Part shown: piece by piece, positions 1 to 9,318 of the stretch | Layout of the letters: every line of letters begins with the position of its first letter | How positions within the stretch are numbered: the stretch's first letter is position 1 | From: a candidate division WOR-3 bacterium | GTDB lineage: Bacteria; Hydrothermota; Hydrothermia; LBFQ01 | Direction: 5' to 3' | Assembly: GCA_039802605.1 (NCBI GenBank) | Contig: JBDRWW010000002.1 | Coordinates: 1 to 64,000, forward strand | DNA length: 64,000 nucleotides | Translations under genes and position numbers: made by a program | Notes under the pieces: generated by a model | Database searches by the model: none | What the model was told of the DNA's origin: nothing | Seen by the model: only the letters and a program-made list of their open reading frames with translations

Positions 1-158
1 AACATTTTATCCGTTTCCTTTTGACTCTCAGCAAGTTCTTTTAGTTTCTTATCTGTCTCCTCTTGGCTTTTTGCCAACCTGTCAAGCCTTTCGCCAACAC
101 TATCAAGCCTTTTGCCCACCTCTTTTAGTATTTCCCATATTTCCTGTATTTCGTTCAT
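1..158 (-). CDS. N-terminal part of a coiled-coil repeat protein (DUF3782-like), runs off the window edge
   Basis: Manual translation from ATG at 158: MNEIQEIWEILKEVGKRLDSVGERLDRLAKSQEETDKKLKELAESQKETDKM..., with repeated (A/K)ESQ(E/K)ETD units; TATAAT 9 nt upstream. Not in the ORF track because it is truncated. Confidence 0.6.
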   Translation of the reverse strand, partial: MNEIQEIWEILKEVGKRLDSVGERLDRLAKSQEETDKKLKELAESQKETDKM

Positions 159-213
159 ACAGTGAGAATTATACCTTAGAACGGCATATTTTTCATTGCG
201 CATTCACGGAAAT

Positions 214-1659
214 TTAGGCGGAATTGGAAGGTTGGAGAAGTACATTTTTAAACACCTCGGGTATTTTATCCGCTATTTCCGTTATACGATAAGACCTGTT
301 ATCCAACAAATCCGCCGCCTTTCCGTGTATAAAAACGCCCGACAATGCCGATTCCAAAGGTTTAATACCCTGGGCCAAAAGAGAACCTATTAAACCCGTT
401 AAAACATCCCCGCTACCCCCCTTTGCCAAAGATACATTACCCGTTGGATTTATATAAACATCGCCTTTATGCCCCACTACGGTAGGATTACCCTTTAATA
501 CCAAAACACAAGCGTGATTTCGTGAAAATTCCTTGGCAATTTTTATTCTGTTTTTGTCAATTTCATCGGGTTTTCCGCCGAAAAATTTGGAAAATTCGCC
601 GGGATGTGGTGTTATGATCAAATTCTCCCTATCCAATATATGCGGGAAATCCTTTATGAGTTTTAAACCATCTGCATCAAGGACAACGGGAACATCTGGA
701 TAATCCGATATGAGTTTGTAAGCGGTTTTAAGCATATTTTCGTCCCCGCTTAGGCCGGGTCCTATCGCAAAGGCGGAAGGTTTGAATGGAAAGTTTAAAC
801 TATTAAGGGGTATAACCTCGGGGTATAATATGGTTAAGTTCTCCAAATTTAAAGCGTATATAAGCCCTACCCCTCCCCTTAACGCCCCCAAAAGTGTTAA
901 GTTTAATGCCCCTGGGTATTTCTTTGATCCCGCAAACACCACCAACCTCCCGAATTTCCCTTTATGCTCGTTTCCCAAGGGTTTTGGTATAAATTCCCTT
1001 ATATCAGATTCCTCAATTAAAAAACTTCCAATACCAGCCGGGAAGGGAACACCCAAATCCACAACCACAACCTCACCCGCAAAAACCCTTCCCGGAAATA
1101 ATAAAACCGCCTCCTTTAATGCACCCATACAAACGGTCAAATCCGCCCTAACGCATAAATCCCCAACACTCCCATCACCGGAAACCCCAGAAGGAACATC
1201 AACGCTTACTACAAACTTACCTTCGTTAATTGCACCTATAACCCTTCTGTAATCCCCCTTCAAATCCCCGGAGAAACCCACACCAAAAACCGCATCAACC
1301 ACAACATCCGCCTTAACAATATCGTAAAGCATTTCATCGGAGTATAAGACTATTTCGCAGAGCCCCTTTAACCTTTCCAATTGTATTTTTGATAGGTGTG
1401 ATAATTCCCCGGATGGTATATAAACCTTAACACTTGCGCCCGATAATGAAAGGTATCTGGCGCATACAAGGCCATCACCCCCGTTGTTCCCCTTACCGCA
1501 AACAACCACAACCCTTAAACCCTTTAAATCAAACCTGCTTTTTATAGCCTCATAAACACCCTTTCCCGCTATTTCCATTAGGGTTTCAAGGGAATAACCC
1601 CTTTCTTCCGCAATTCTATCAAAAACCTTTGTATCCTCAAAGGAGAATACCTTACGCAT
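214..1659 (-). CDS. nnr: Bifunctional NAD(P)H-hydrate epimerase/dehydratase (YjeF/Nnr)
   Basis: GKGNNGGDG, DAVFGVG and DVPSG (YjeF_N), plus HKGKFG, TPHPGEF and GGSGDVLTG (carbohydrate kinase-like domain). Confidence 0.95.
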   Translation of the reverse strand: MRKVFSFEDTKVFDRIAEERGYSLETLMEIAGKGVYEAIKSRFDLKGLRVVVVCGKGNNGGDGLVCARYLSLSGASVKVYIPSGELSHLSKIQLERLKGLCEIVLYSDEMLYDIVKADVVVDAVFGVGFSGDLKGDYRRVIGAINEGKFVVSVDVPSGVSGDGSVGDLCVRADLTVCMGALKEAVLLFPGRVFAGEVVVVDLGVPFPAGIGSFLIEESDIREFIPKPLGNEHKGKFGRLVVFAGSKKYPGALNLTLLGALRGGVGLIYALNLENLTILYPEVIPLNSLNFPFKPSAFAIGPGLSGDENMLKTAYKLISDYPDVPVVLDADGLKLIKDFPHILDRENLIITPHPGEFSKFFGGKPDEIDKNRIKIAKEFSRNHACVLVLKGNPTVVGHKGDVYINPTGNVSLAKGGSGDVLTGLIGSLLAQGIKPLESALSGVFIHGKAADLLDNRSYRITEIADKIPEVFKNVLLQPSNSA

Positions 1660-1661
1660 GT

Positions 1662-2141
1662 TTATTCACCCATATTCCTCAAAATTTTATCGTAATGCGT
1701 CCCCTCCCAGTATATTTGTCCGCACTCCTCGCAAACCGCGAATTCGTCATACCTGTTCCAAATAAAGGGATGTACAAACCCCTCCAACTCCCACTTTGAA
1801 ACCATTTTCAGTTTTCCGTTGCATTTTGGGCATCTCGTAAAGGGTTTAGGTTTTAATTTTAAATCCCTTATTATCCCCTTTACTATATCCCACTTATCCC
1901 TTTCGGAATTCTCAACGAAATAAACGCTTAGGCCCCAAGCCTTAGCCAATTTAACCAAATCCCCGTCCGAGGTTATCAAAATCCTCCCATCCCTCAAACA
2001 TTTGGCAACTATCTCTATATCCCTCTCATCCCTGTAATATTCCGTGTCAAAACCGTAAAATCTCAAAACCCTCACCACCTTCCCCAACATCGCATCTACT
2101 CCGAACTTAACCTCATTATTATTTCCCTTGCCACTTCCCAT
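1662..2141 (-). CDS. Mut7-C RNase (PIN-like) domain protein, DUF82
   Basis: VDAMLGKVVRVLRFYGFDT, RCPKCN...CEECGQIYWEGTH zinc ribbon. Exact start uncertain because it overlaps the coaBC end. Confidence 0.88.
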   Translation of the reverse strand: MGSGKGNNNEVKFGVDAMLGKVVRVLRFYGFDTEYYRDERDIEIVAKCLRDGRILITSDGDLVKLAKAWGLSVYFVENSERDKWDIVKGIIRDLKLKPKPFTRCPKCNGKLKMVSKWELEGFVHPFIWNRYDEFAVCEECGQIYWEGTHYDKILRNMGE

Positions 2142-3235
2142 TTTGTCCCCTTAAATTCTCCCAAAACGCCTTTTTGGGATATTAAAACGACTTCCGTTGT
2201 GTCCCCCCCTATTACTTCAACCGGGTTGGCAACTATGTAATCCAAATTCTTCTCAAAGAGTTTTCTTTTGGCCTCTTCAACAAGTTTCCCCCTTTCCTCT
2301 AAGGCAAACCCCACGACTTTACCCCTTTTGTGTTTTGTTATCTCCTTTAAAACATCTAGATTGGGGCTCAATTCCAGTATGATCTTCTCCACTTCTTTCT
2401 TAATCTTACCCTTTTGGTAAGATGGTTTAAAGTCCGATACCGCGGCGGCCATAAAAAGATAATCGTAATCCAAATCCTTTAAAGCGTTATAAAGTTCTTC
2501 AACCGTATAAACCCTGTAAAACTCGTCGGAAGGCGCAACATCAACCCCCCCGCAACCTACCGCCACAACATAACTCCCCAGCGCTTTTAGGTATGTGGCC
2601 AAAGATATACCCATTTTCCCCGATGATTTGTTCGTTATAACCCTAACATCGTCAATGCTTTCCATAGTGCCGCCGTAGGTTATAACAACCCTTTTACCTT
2701 TCCATAAATCCCTCAGCTTTCTTATATCCTCCAAAAAACTCAAAATATCCCCAACCTCAACCATCCTACCCTCACCGTAATCCCCGCTTGCCAATGCCCC
2801 TTCAACCGTTGGAAATACAATATGCCCGAAAGATTTAAGCCTATTAATGTTTTCTTTTAGGATTGGATTCCTCCACATTTCGGTGTGCATGGCCGGTATG
2901 AATACCAAAGGTCCTTTATAGGATGCGGCGGCCGATGTTAGTAAATCATCCGCTATACCGTTGGCAACCTTTCCTATTATGTTATAAGTTGCCGGAACTA
3001 TAACAAAGGTTTCCGCCCACCTTGAAAGGTTTATATGCGTATTCCCTTTAAAGAAATCTTCATCCGTGAAAACTTCGGCGTTTGCCAACTCCTTAAAGGG
3101 TAAAGGTAAAACGAAGTTTAAAGCCCCCTTTGTTAAAATAACCTTTATTTCATAACCCCTTTTATAAAGTTCCCTGCACAATAAAAGGGCCTTATGCGCC
3201 GCTATACTACCGCTTACACCTACGACTACCTTCAA
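2096..3235 (-). CDS. coaBC: Phosphopantothenoylcysteine decarboxylase/ligase
   Basis: GSIAAHK, PAMHTEMW, ESIDDVRVITNKSSGKMG, AAAVSDF, GFALE motifs. Confidence 0.96.
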   Translation of the reverse strand: MKVVVGVSGSIAAHKALLLCRELYKRGYEIKVILTKGALNFVLPLPFKELANAEVFTDEDFFKGNTHINLSRWAETFVIVPATYNIIGKVANGIADDLLTSAAASYKGPLVFIPAMHTEMWRNPILKENINRLKSFGHIVFPTVEGALASGDYGEGRMVEVGDILSFLEDIRKLRDLWKGKRVVITYGGTMESIDDVRVITNKSSGKMGISLATYLKALGSYVVAVGCGGVDVAPSDEFYRVYTVEELYNALKDLDYDYLFMAAAVSDFKPSYQKGKIKKEVEKIILELSPNLDVLKEITKHKRGKVVGFALEERGKLVEEAKRKLFEKNLDYIVANPVEVIGGDTTEVVLISQKGVLGEFKGTKWEVAREIIMRLSSE

Positions 3236-3453
3236 TCCTCACCTTCTACCTCTGTGTAAGGTATCCCTTCACTTATGAACTTATTGGCGGCGATGACCAC
3301 GGGTTCGTCTTCTAGGGAGGTTTTTTCCTTTTCGCTTTTCCTTATAAGATATCTCGCAAACCTTCCTATTAACACCACGGCCTTGTACTTATTGCCCTCC
3401 CTCCTCTCATATTCATCAATATTAAACAAATCCGCAATATTTACCCTTTTCAT
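3232..3453 (-). CDS. rpoZ: RNA polymerase omega subunit (probable)
   Basis: 73 aa with NKYKAVVLIGRFARYL resembling the omega NKYxxVxxxxxRARxL motif; directly upstream of coaBC (common rpoZ-coaBC synteny); AGGAGG SD upstream. Confidence 0.7.
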   Translation of the reverse strand: MKRVNIADLFNIDEYERREGNKYKAVVLIGRFARYLIRKSEKEKTSLEDEPVVIAANKFISEGIPYTEVEGED

Positions 3454-3466
3454 TTTTATACCTCCT

Positions 3467-3793
3467 TTAAATGGGATAACCCATCATCCTTAAAGCCTCT
3501 TTACCTTCCTCGGTCATCCTATCAATTGTCCAGGGCGGATCAAAGGTTATCTCAACTTCAACATCTTCAAATCCCAAATCCCTTATCCTCTCCCTAACCG
3601 CTTCCGCAATGGGTTCCGCTATGGGGCATCCGGGTGCGGTAACGGTCATAAGGACATAGGCGTATTTCTTTTCGGGATCAACTTCCAGGGCATATATTAA
3701 ACCCAAATCCCAAATGTTTATAGGGATTTCGGGGTCGTATATCTCCTTTAACACATCAATTATAGCCTCCTTTGTAAGTTTGTCTTTTGTCAT
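3467..3793 (-). CDS. DUF59/SufT-like metal-sulfur cluster assembly factor
   Basis: DPEIPINIWDLGLIY, TAPGCP and FDPPW motifs. Confidence 0.93.
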   Translation of the reverse strand: MTKDKLTKEAIIDVLKEIYDPEIPINIWDLGLIYALEVDPEKKYAYVLMTVTAPGCPIAEPIAEAVRERIRDLGFEDVEVEITFDPPWTIDRMTEEGKEALRMMGYPI

Positions 3794-3844
3794 AAGTTCG
3801 GAAATTATAAAGTTGTAAATTTTTTCGGGTTTAAAATACTTGCT

Positions 3845-4213
3845 ATGAAAAACTTTGATAAACAGGTAAGGTATAGAAAGGAAGGTGAGTATTGTGTAGT
3901 AAGGTTTTTGGGGAGCCTTGATACCGCTTATAGGGAATCGCTGATAATGTTCTTTGACGATAGGATGAGGGAGGATTGTAAATATTTCATTCTGGATTTT
4001 GAAAAGACGGATTATATGTCATCAACGGTTTGGGGGGCACTTATTACCATAACAAAGCGCGCAAGGGAAAGGGGTGGGGATGTATATCTCTGCGCCGTTC
4101 ATGGACAGTTGGAATCCATATTTAGGATTATGAGGTTTGATAAAATTTTTAAAGTTTATCCGGATGTTTATACTGCTTTGAAGGATTTGGGTTTGGAGAA
4201 TACAGAATCGTAA
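3845..4213 (+). CDS. STAS-domain anti-sigma factor antagonist
   Basis: GSLD...ILDFEKTDYMSSTVWGAL pattern (YxDSxGLG-like phosphoserine motif); 122 aa. Confidence 0.85.
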   Translation: MKNFDKQVRYRKEGEYCVVRFLGSLDTAYRESLIMFFDDRMREDCKYFILDFEKTDYMSSTVWGALITITKRARERGGDVYLCAVHGQLESIFRIMRFDKIFKVYPDVYTALKDLGLENTES

Positions 4214-4215
4214 AG

Positions 4216-5802
4216 ATGTTTGAGGCAAACTATTACCTTTACAAAATCCTGCAAATTATAGGGGATATAGAGGAAATAAAGGGTGAAAACAGGTTTAAGG
4301 TTGAGGCGTATAGGTCTGCATCAAAGAAAATCATAATGTTTCCGGAAGATATAAAATTCCTTTATGAAAGTGAGGGATTAAGGGGGATAAAGGAGAGGTT
4401 AAAGGTTGGGGATGCGATAGCGGAAAAGATAAGGGAATTCCTTGAAACCGGTAAAATCTCAAAGTTTGAGAGTTTATCCCAAGAGGTTCCAATATCCTTA
4501 ACGGAACTTTTAAAAATTAGGGGTATAGGCCCCGCAAAGGTTAGGGAACTTTGGAAAATGGGTATAACATCCATTGACGATTTGGAGGTATTTTTGCAAA
4601 AAGGGGAAGCTAAAAGGGTATTTAAAGATCCTTCAAAGGTTTACGAATACCTTAAATTCTATAAATCGCAAAGGGATTTGCTTTTAATGGGTGAGGCCAT
4701 ACCCCTCGTTAAATCCTTTACATATGAGTACAGGTCGGCCATTGCGGTTGGGGCTTTTAGAAGGGGAGAACCTTTAATAGATGTCCTTGAATTTGCGGTT
4801 AGCGAAGACGATGCCTTTAAATTGGCGGTTTCGGGTAGATTTGAGGGGGGATATTGGCTGTGGGGAGGTGAAAAGATACCCGTGAAGATTCATATATATA
4901 CCGAAGAGGATTTGGGTGAAGTTTTGGTTTATTCAACAGGTCCCGAGGGGCATGTAAAGGCATTATTAAAATTGGGGGATATTAAGGGAGAAACCGAGGA
5001 AGAGGTTTATGATAGGCTTGGATTAAAGTTTATCCACCCCTTCCAGAGGTACGACGGTTCGGAAGTGGATTTGGCCATTGAGGGCAAACTGCCCAAACCG
5101 GTTTTACCAGAGGATATAGTTGGGGATTTTCATGTTCATACTACATTTTCGGACGGATCAATGGAAATTGAAGAGGCGATTTTAAACGCTATAAACAGGG
5201 GATATACGGTTATAGGATTGGCGGATCATTCCCCTTCTTCGGGTTATGCCGGGGGTTTAAACGAGGAGAGGTTAAGGGAGAAATACTTAAAAATTCAGCG
5301 TTTAAGGGAAAAGTATCCTTATATGAAAATCCTTTTTGCAACAGAAGTGGATATAAAATCCGACGGTTCCCTTGATTATCCCGATGAGGTTTTAAAAATG
5401 TTTGATTTGGTAATAGCATCGGTTCATAACTGGAAGGAAGATGAGGATGTTACGCCGAGGATAATATCCGCCTTAAAAAACCCGTATGTTCATATCATCG
5501 CACACCCGAGGGGAAGGGTTCTGAAAAAGAGGCCATCATACATAGTTGACATTGATGAGGTTATGAGGGTTGCGGAAAATGAGGGCAAAGCTTTGGAAAT
5601 AAATGCAAATCCCAAGAGGGTTGATTTAGACGCCTATGCCTTAATGGATTACAAGGGTTATGTTAGTATAAACACGGATGCCCATAGACAATGGGATATG
5701 GATTTTATGTTTTTGGGATGTGCCCAGGCGAGTAGGGCAAGAATACCAAAGGAAAAGGTTTTAAACTGTGAGGAATCCGGCTTTTTGAAGAAAATCGTAT
5801 AA
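4216..5802 (+). CDS. polX: PolX-PHP family protein (polymerase active site apparently degenerate)
   Basis: GENRFKVEAY N-terminus, HhH GIGPAK, TGPEGH, and PHP motifs HVHTTFSDG, DHS, H-P-x-GR, NTDAH. Confidence 0.9.
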   Translation: MFEANYYLYKILQIIGDIEEIKGENRFKVEAYRSASKKIIMFPEDIKFLYESEGLRGIKERLKVGDAIAEKIREFLETGKISKFESLSQEVPISLTELLKIRGIGPAKVRELWKMGITSIDDLEVFLQKGEAKRVFKDPSKVYEYLKFYKSQRDLLLMGEAIPLVKSFTYEYRSAIAVGAFRRGEPLIDVLEFAVSEDDAFKLAVSGRFEGGYWLWGGEKIPVKIHIYTEEDLGEVLVYSTGPEGHVKALLKLGDIKGETEEEVYDRLGLKFIHPFQRYDGSEVDLAIEGKLPKPVLPEDIVGDFHVHTTFSDGSMEIEEAILNAINRGYTVIGLADHSPSSGYAGGLNEERLREKYLKIQRLREKYPYMKILFATEVDIKSDGSLDYPDEVLKMFDLVIASVHNWKEDEDVTPRIISALKNPYVHIIAHPRGRVLKKRPSYIVDIDEVMRVAENEGKALEINANPKRVDLDAYALMDYKGYVSINTDAHRQWDMDFMFLGCAQASRARIPKEKVLNCEESGFLKKIV

Positions 5803-5813
5803 AGCAGAAGTGT

Positions 5814-6137
5814 TTACCCGATGCCTTTAAGGATTTCTTTAATCCTATTTCTAAGGTATTCCTCGCTTGGCAGGGGTAAAAACCTCCCGTTTATGATGTA
5901 TGTCCTGCAACTTAGAGAGTATGGGGGTTTTGCGGTTTCCGGTTGAATATCCTCTCCGTTTATCCTTATTGTTGGGGAACCGGGGAACTTTAACCTTTGG
6001 GCATCACTTTCGGTTTTAACCTCTACTATTTCAATTTCGTATTTCATATTTAATTCCTCCAAAACCCTTTTCAATCTCTCCAATGCCCTATCGTGTGAAG
6101 AGCACCCTTCCCAAAACAAAAACTCAACCTTAACCAT
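5814..6137 (-). CDS. Thioredoxin-fold protein (DUF2703-like)
   Basis: GCSSH at the redox position, FPGSPTIRINGEDI, SCRTY. Confidence 0.7.
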   Translation of the reverse strand: MVKVEFLFWEGCSSHDRALERLKRVLEELNMKYEIEIVEVKTESDAQRLKFPGSPTIRINGEDIQPETAKPPYSLSCRTYIINGRFLPLPSEEYLRNRIKEILKGIG

Positions 6138-6726
6138 TTCTCCTCAAATAATTCACAACATACCTGGCCAAAACATCAACCTCAACATTTATTAAATCTC
6201 CAACCTTCCTAAAAGGAAAAGCCGTGATTTTAAGGGTTTGCGGTATAATCCTAATGGATATTACATTACCCCGAACCCCGTTTACCGTTAGGCTCGTTCC
6301 GTCCAATGCTATTGAACCCTTTTCGGCAACATAAACCATAAGGTTTTCCGGAATTTCAATGTGCAAATTTAAACCGTCATCTCCGTAATCGTCTATTTTT
6401 ACAACTTTTCCGACGCCATCAACATGCCCCAAAACAAAGTGCCCGTCTATCCTATCACCCACTTTTAATGACCTCTCGTAGTTGCAAACATAACCTAAAT
6501 TGATGGTAGATCCAAACTTCGTCCTCCTAAGGGTTTCATCCGATAGAAAAAACAAAGCCATATTGCCCTTATATTCCTCAACCGTTAAGCAAACCCCGTC
6601 TATGGATATAGACTGACCTGTATAGAACCCCTCTAAGTTTTCAAACTCAAACCAAACCCTTTTACCCTTATCGTAATCCTCAAAATTTACTACCTTACAC
6701 CTTCCCTCAACTATACCGGCAAACAT
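6130..6726 (-). CDS. ribE: Riboflavin synthase alpha chain
   Basis: MFAGIVE, GQSISIDGVCLTV, GHFVLGHVDG, KGSIALDGTSLTV, NVEVD. Confidence 0.96.
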   Translation of the reverse strand: MFAGIVEGRCKVVNFEDYDKGKRVWFEFENLEGFYTGQSISIDGVCLTVEEYKGNMALFFLSDETLRRTKFGSTINLGYVCNYERSLKVGDRIDGHFVLGHVDGVGKVVKIDDYGDDGLNLHIEIPENLMVYVAEKGSIALDGTSLTVNGVRGNVISIRIIPQTLKITAFPFRKVGDLINVEVDVLARYVVNYLRRNG

Positions 6727-7178
6727 TATTTAAGGATAAACCTGAGGCCTATTCCGAAAGTTAAACCGGCTCTAACATCCCCCTCCGTTGTAAATCCCAC
6801 AGCGGGGGGAATCTCTATAAACAGATCAAGGGGAACTTCCGTAAATATAAACTCCAGACCGAGAGGGACGAGTATTCCAAAAATGGCTTTGTCTCCGTAC
6901 TTTCCCTGATCTATACCAGCAAAGGCTCCAACACCGAGATAGCCGTTTATAGGTGTTTCCCTTGTTAATAGGGCGTGGAAGAGTAAGGAGCCGCTCACGG
7001 ATAGATCCGCAGGGCCAACAAATCCACCACCACCGACATGAACCTGCAATGCCGAGTTTTGTCCTATACCCCAGAACTTCAAGGAAAGCCCCGTTGGGTC
7101 CCCTATAACTATCCCTATACTTATCCCCGAACTCGGGGTTGTGGTTAATGCGGAAGATGCCAACAAAAGGCTCAGCAT
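6726..7178 (-). CDS. Small outer-membrane beta-barrel protein (DUF3996-like)
   Basis: GIVIGDPTGLSLK, PLGLEF...PLDLFIE, C-terminal GIGLRF amphipathic strand. Confidence 0.7.
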   Translation of the reverse strand: MLSLLLASSALTTTPSSGISIGIVIGDPTGLSLKFWGIGQNSALQVHVGGGGFVGPADLSVSGSLLFHALLTRETPINGYLGVGAFAGIDQGKYGDKAIFGILVPLGLEFIFTEVPLDLFIEIPPAVGFTTEGDVRAGLTFGIGLRFILK

Positions 7179-7225
7179 AATCGGATATTATAAGACCGTT
7201 TTAAACCATTTTATAATTCCCAACC

Positions 7226-8575
7226 GTGCCGAAGAGGGATATCAAAAGGGTTTTAATTGCAAACCGTGGGGAAATCGCTTTGAGAATTATTTACGCTTGT
7301 AAGGAATTGGGGCTTGAAACGGTTGCCATTTACAGCGAGGCGGATGAAAACAGCCTCCACGTGCAGATGGCAGACTATGCGGTTTGCGTTGGAGGTCCTT
7401 ACCCGAAGGACAGTTATTTAAACATCCCCAACATTATAGCGGCCGCAGAGGCTTGGGAGGTTGACGCAATACATCCGGGGTATGGCTTTCTTTCCGAGAG
7501 GGAAGATTTTGCAAGGATAGTTGAGATGCATGGGCTTGTTTTCATAGGCCCAACCCCGGAACAGATAGCAATTATGGGGGATAAGGTTGTGGCGAAGAGG
7601 ACGGTAAAGGAGGCGGGAGTTCCCTTAGTCCCCGGGACGGATAAACCCATAGAGGATGTTAAAGAGGCCAAGAGAATAGCGGCTGAAATCGGCTATCCGG
7701 TTTTATTAAAGGCGGCCGCGGGGGGTGGAGGTAGGGGTATGAGGATAGTGAATTCGGAAGAGGAGATGGAACAAAAATTCCTTTCCGCATCTTCCGAAGC
7801 GGAATCCGCCTTTGGCGATGGGAGGCTATACCTTGAAAAGTTCATAACAAAACCCAAACATATAGAGGTTCAGGTTCTGGGGGATGAGTATGGGAACATT
7901 ACACACCTGTTTGAAAGGGAGTGCTCCCTTCAAAGGAGACACCAAAAGGTGATTGAGGAAGCCCCGAGCCCGTCAATAATGGAAGAACAAAGGAAAAAAC
8001 TCCTTGAATATGCCGTTAAGGCGGCGAAACACATAAATTACCGAAGTGCGGGAACCCTTGAATTCCTAATGGATGAGGATGGGAACTTTTACTTCATAGA
8101 GATGAACACGAGGATTCAGGTGGAACACCCGACAACGGAGATGATAACGGGCGTTGATATCGTAAAGGCTCAAATACTCATAGCAATGGGTGAAAAATTA
8201 CCGGTAAATACGAACGGTTTAAGGATAAACGGGCATTCCATAGAGGCGAGGATAAACGCCGAAGATCCGGAAAACAACTTTGCCCCAAGCCCCGGGAAAA
8301 TAGAACTCCTACACAAACCCGGTGGTCCGGGTGTTAGGGTTGATTCTCATATATATCAAGGCTATAAGATACCTCCGTATTACGATTCCCTAATAGCAAA
8401 GTTGATAACCTGGGGAATAAACAGGGACGAGGCTATAAGTAGGATGAAAAGGGCGCTTTCGGAGTTTGTCATAACCGGCATAAAAACCAACATAAAAATG
8501 CATTTAGACATTATGAACAGGCACGAATTTATAACCGGCAAGTTTTATACGAACAGTTTGGAAAAATGGATATAA
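7226..8575 (+). CDS. accC: Biotin carboxylase
   Basis: ANRGEIA, HPGYGFLSE, GGGGRG, ERECSLQRRHQK, EMNTRIQVEH, YYDSLIAK. Confidence 0.97.
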   Translation: MPKRDIKRVLIANRGEIALRIIYACKELGLETVAIYSEADENSLHVQMADYAVCVGGPYPKDSYLNIPNIIAAAEAWEVDAIHPGYGFLSEREDFARIVEMHGLVFIGPTPEQIAIMGDKVVAKRTVKEAGVPLVPGTDKPIEDVKEAKRIAAEIGYPVLLKAAAGGGGRGMRIVNSEEEMEQKFLSASSEAESAFGDGRLYLEKFITKPKHIEVQVLGDEYGNITHLFERECSLQRRHQKVIEEAPSPSIMEEQRKKLLEYAVKAAKHINYRSAGTLEFLMDEDGNFYFIEMNTRIQVEHPTTEMITGVDIVKAQILIAMGEKLPVNTNGLRINGHSIEARINAEDPENNFAPSPGKIELLHKPGGPGVRVDSHIYQGYKIPPYYDSLIAKLITWGINRDEAISRMKRALSEFVITGIKTNIKMHLDIMNRHEFITGKFYTNSLEKWI

Positions 8576-9318
8576 TACTAAAACCCTTGGAAAGAATAGG
8601 GGATTTTGCCCTGTTTTTCATAAACACGGTTTTGTCCGTTAAGGAAATACATAAAACCTTCGGGGAAATCCTTAGACAGATAGCGGTTATTGGATACGAT
8701 TCCTTGGTAATAGTTGGTGGAAGTTCAACATTTGTGGGTTTGGTTTCCGCAGTTTTAATCTCCTTTCAAATAAAGGATTTTGTGCCCGCAAATGTTATCG
8801 GAATGGGTATATGGAAGGGTGTCATTACGGAGTTGGCCCCGGTTTTAACCGCATTGGTGGTTGCGGGGAGGGTAGGAGGGGGTTTGGCTTCACAGATAGG
8901 TACGATGAGAATAACGGAACAGATAGACGCCTTGGAGGTTATGGGAATAAATCCTTATAGGTTTATAGTCCTTCCGAGGATAATGGGGGGGATAATTTCT
9001 ATTCCCCTTTTAACCGCAATAGCCACATTTATCTCTATATTTGCCGCCTTAATGTTTGCAACATATGTTTATAGCATGCCTTACAACGACCTGGTTAGCG
9101 GTATGAGGATGAGTTATAACAATCAAGACCTGATAGTTGGAGGAGTAAAAGCCATAACATTCGCCACTATAATCTCTTTTATCAGTTGTTATGAGGGTTT
9201 TAGGACGGAAGGGGGTGCAATAGGCGTGGGGCTTTCGGCTATGAGGGCGGTGGTGTATTCCGCCGTTTTAATATTGGCGGCGGACTTTATAATATCCCTT
9301 TACTTCTACGGCAGATGA
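8566..9318 (+). CDS. mlaE: MlaE-family ABC transporter permease
   Basis: ELAPVLTALVVAGRVG, GTMRITEQIDALEVMG, GGAIGVG. Confidence 0.93.
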   Translation: MDIILKPLERIGDFALFFINTVLSVKEIHKTFGEILRQIAVIGYDSLVIVGGSSTFVGLVSAVLISFQIKDFVPANVIGMGIWKGVITELAPVLTALVVAGRVGGGLASQIGTMRITEQIDALEVMGINPYRFIVLPRIMGGIISIPLLTAIATFISIFAALMFATYVYSMPYNDLVSGMRMSYNNQDLIVGGVKAITFATIISFISCYEGFRTEGGAIGVGLSAMRAVVYSAVLILAADFIISLYFYGR

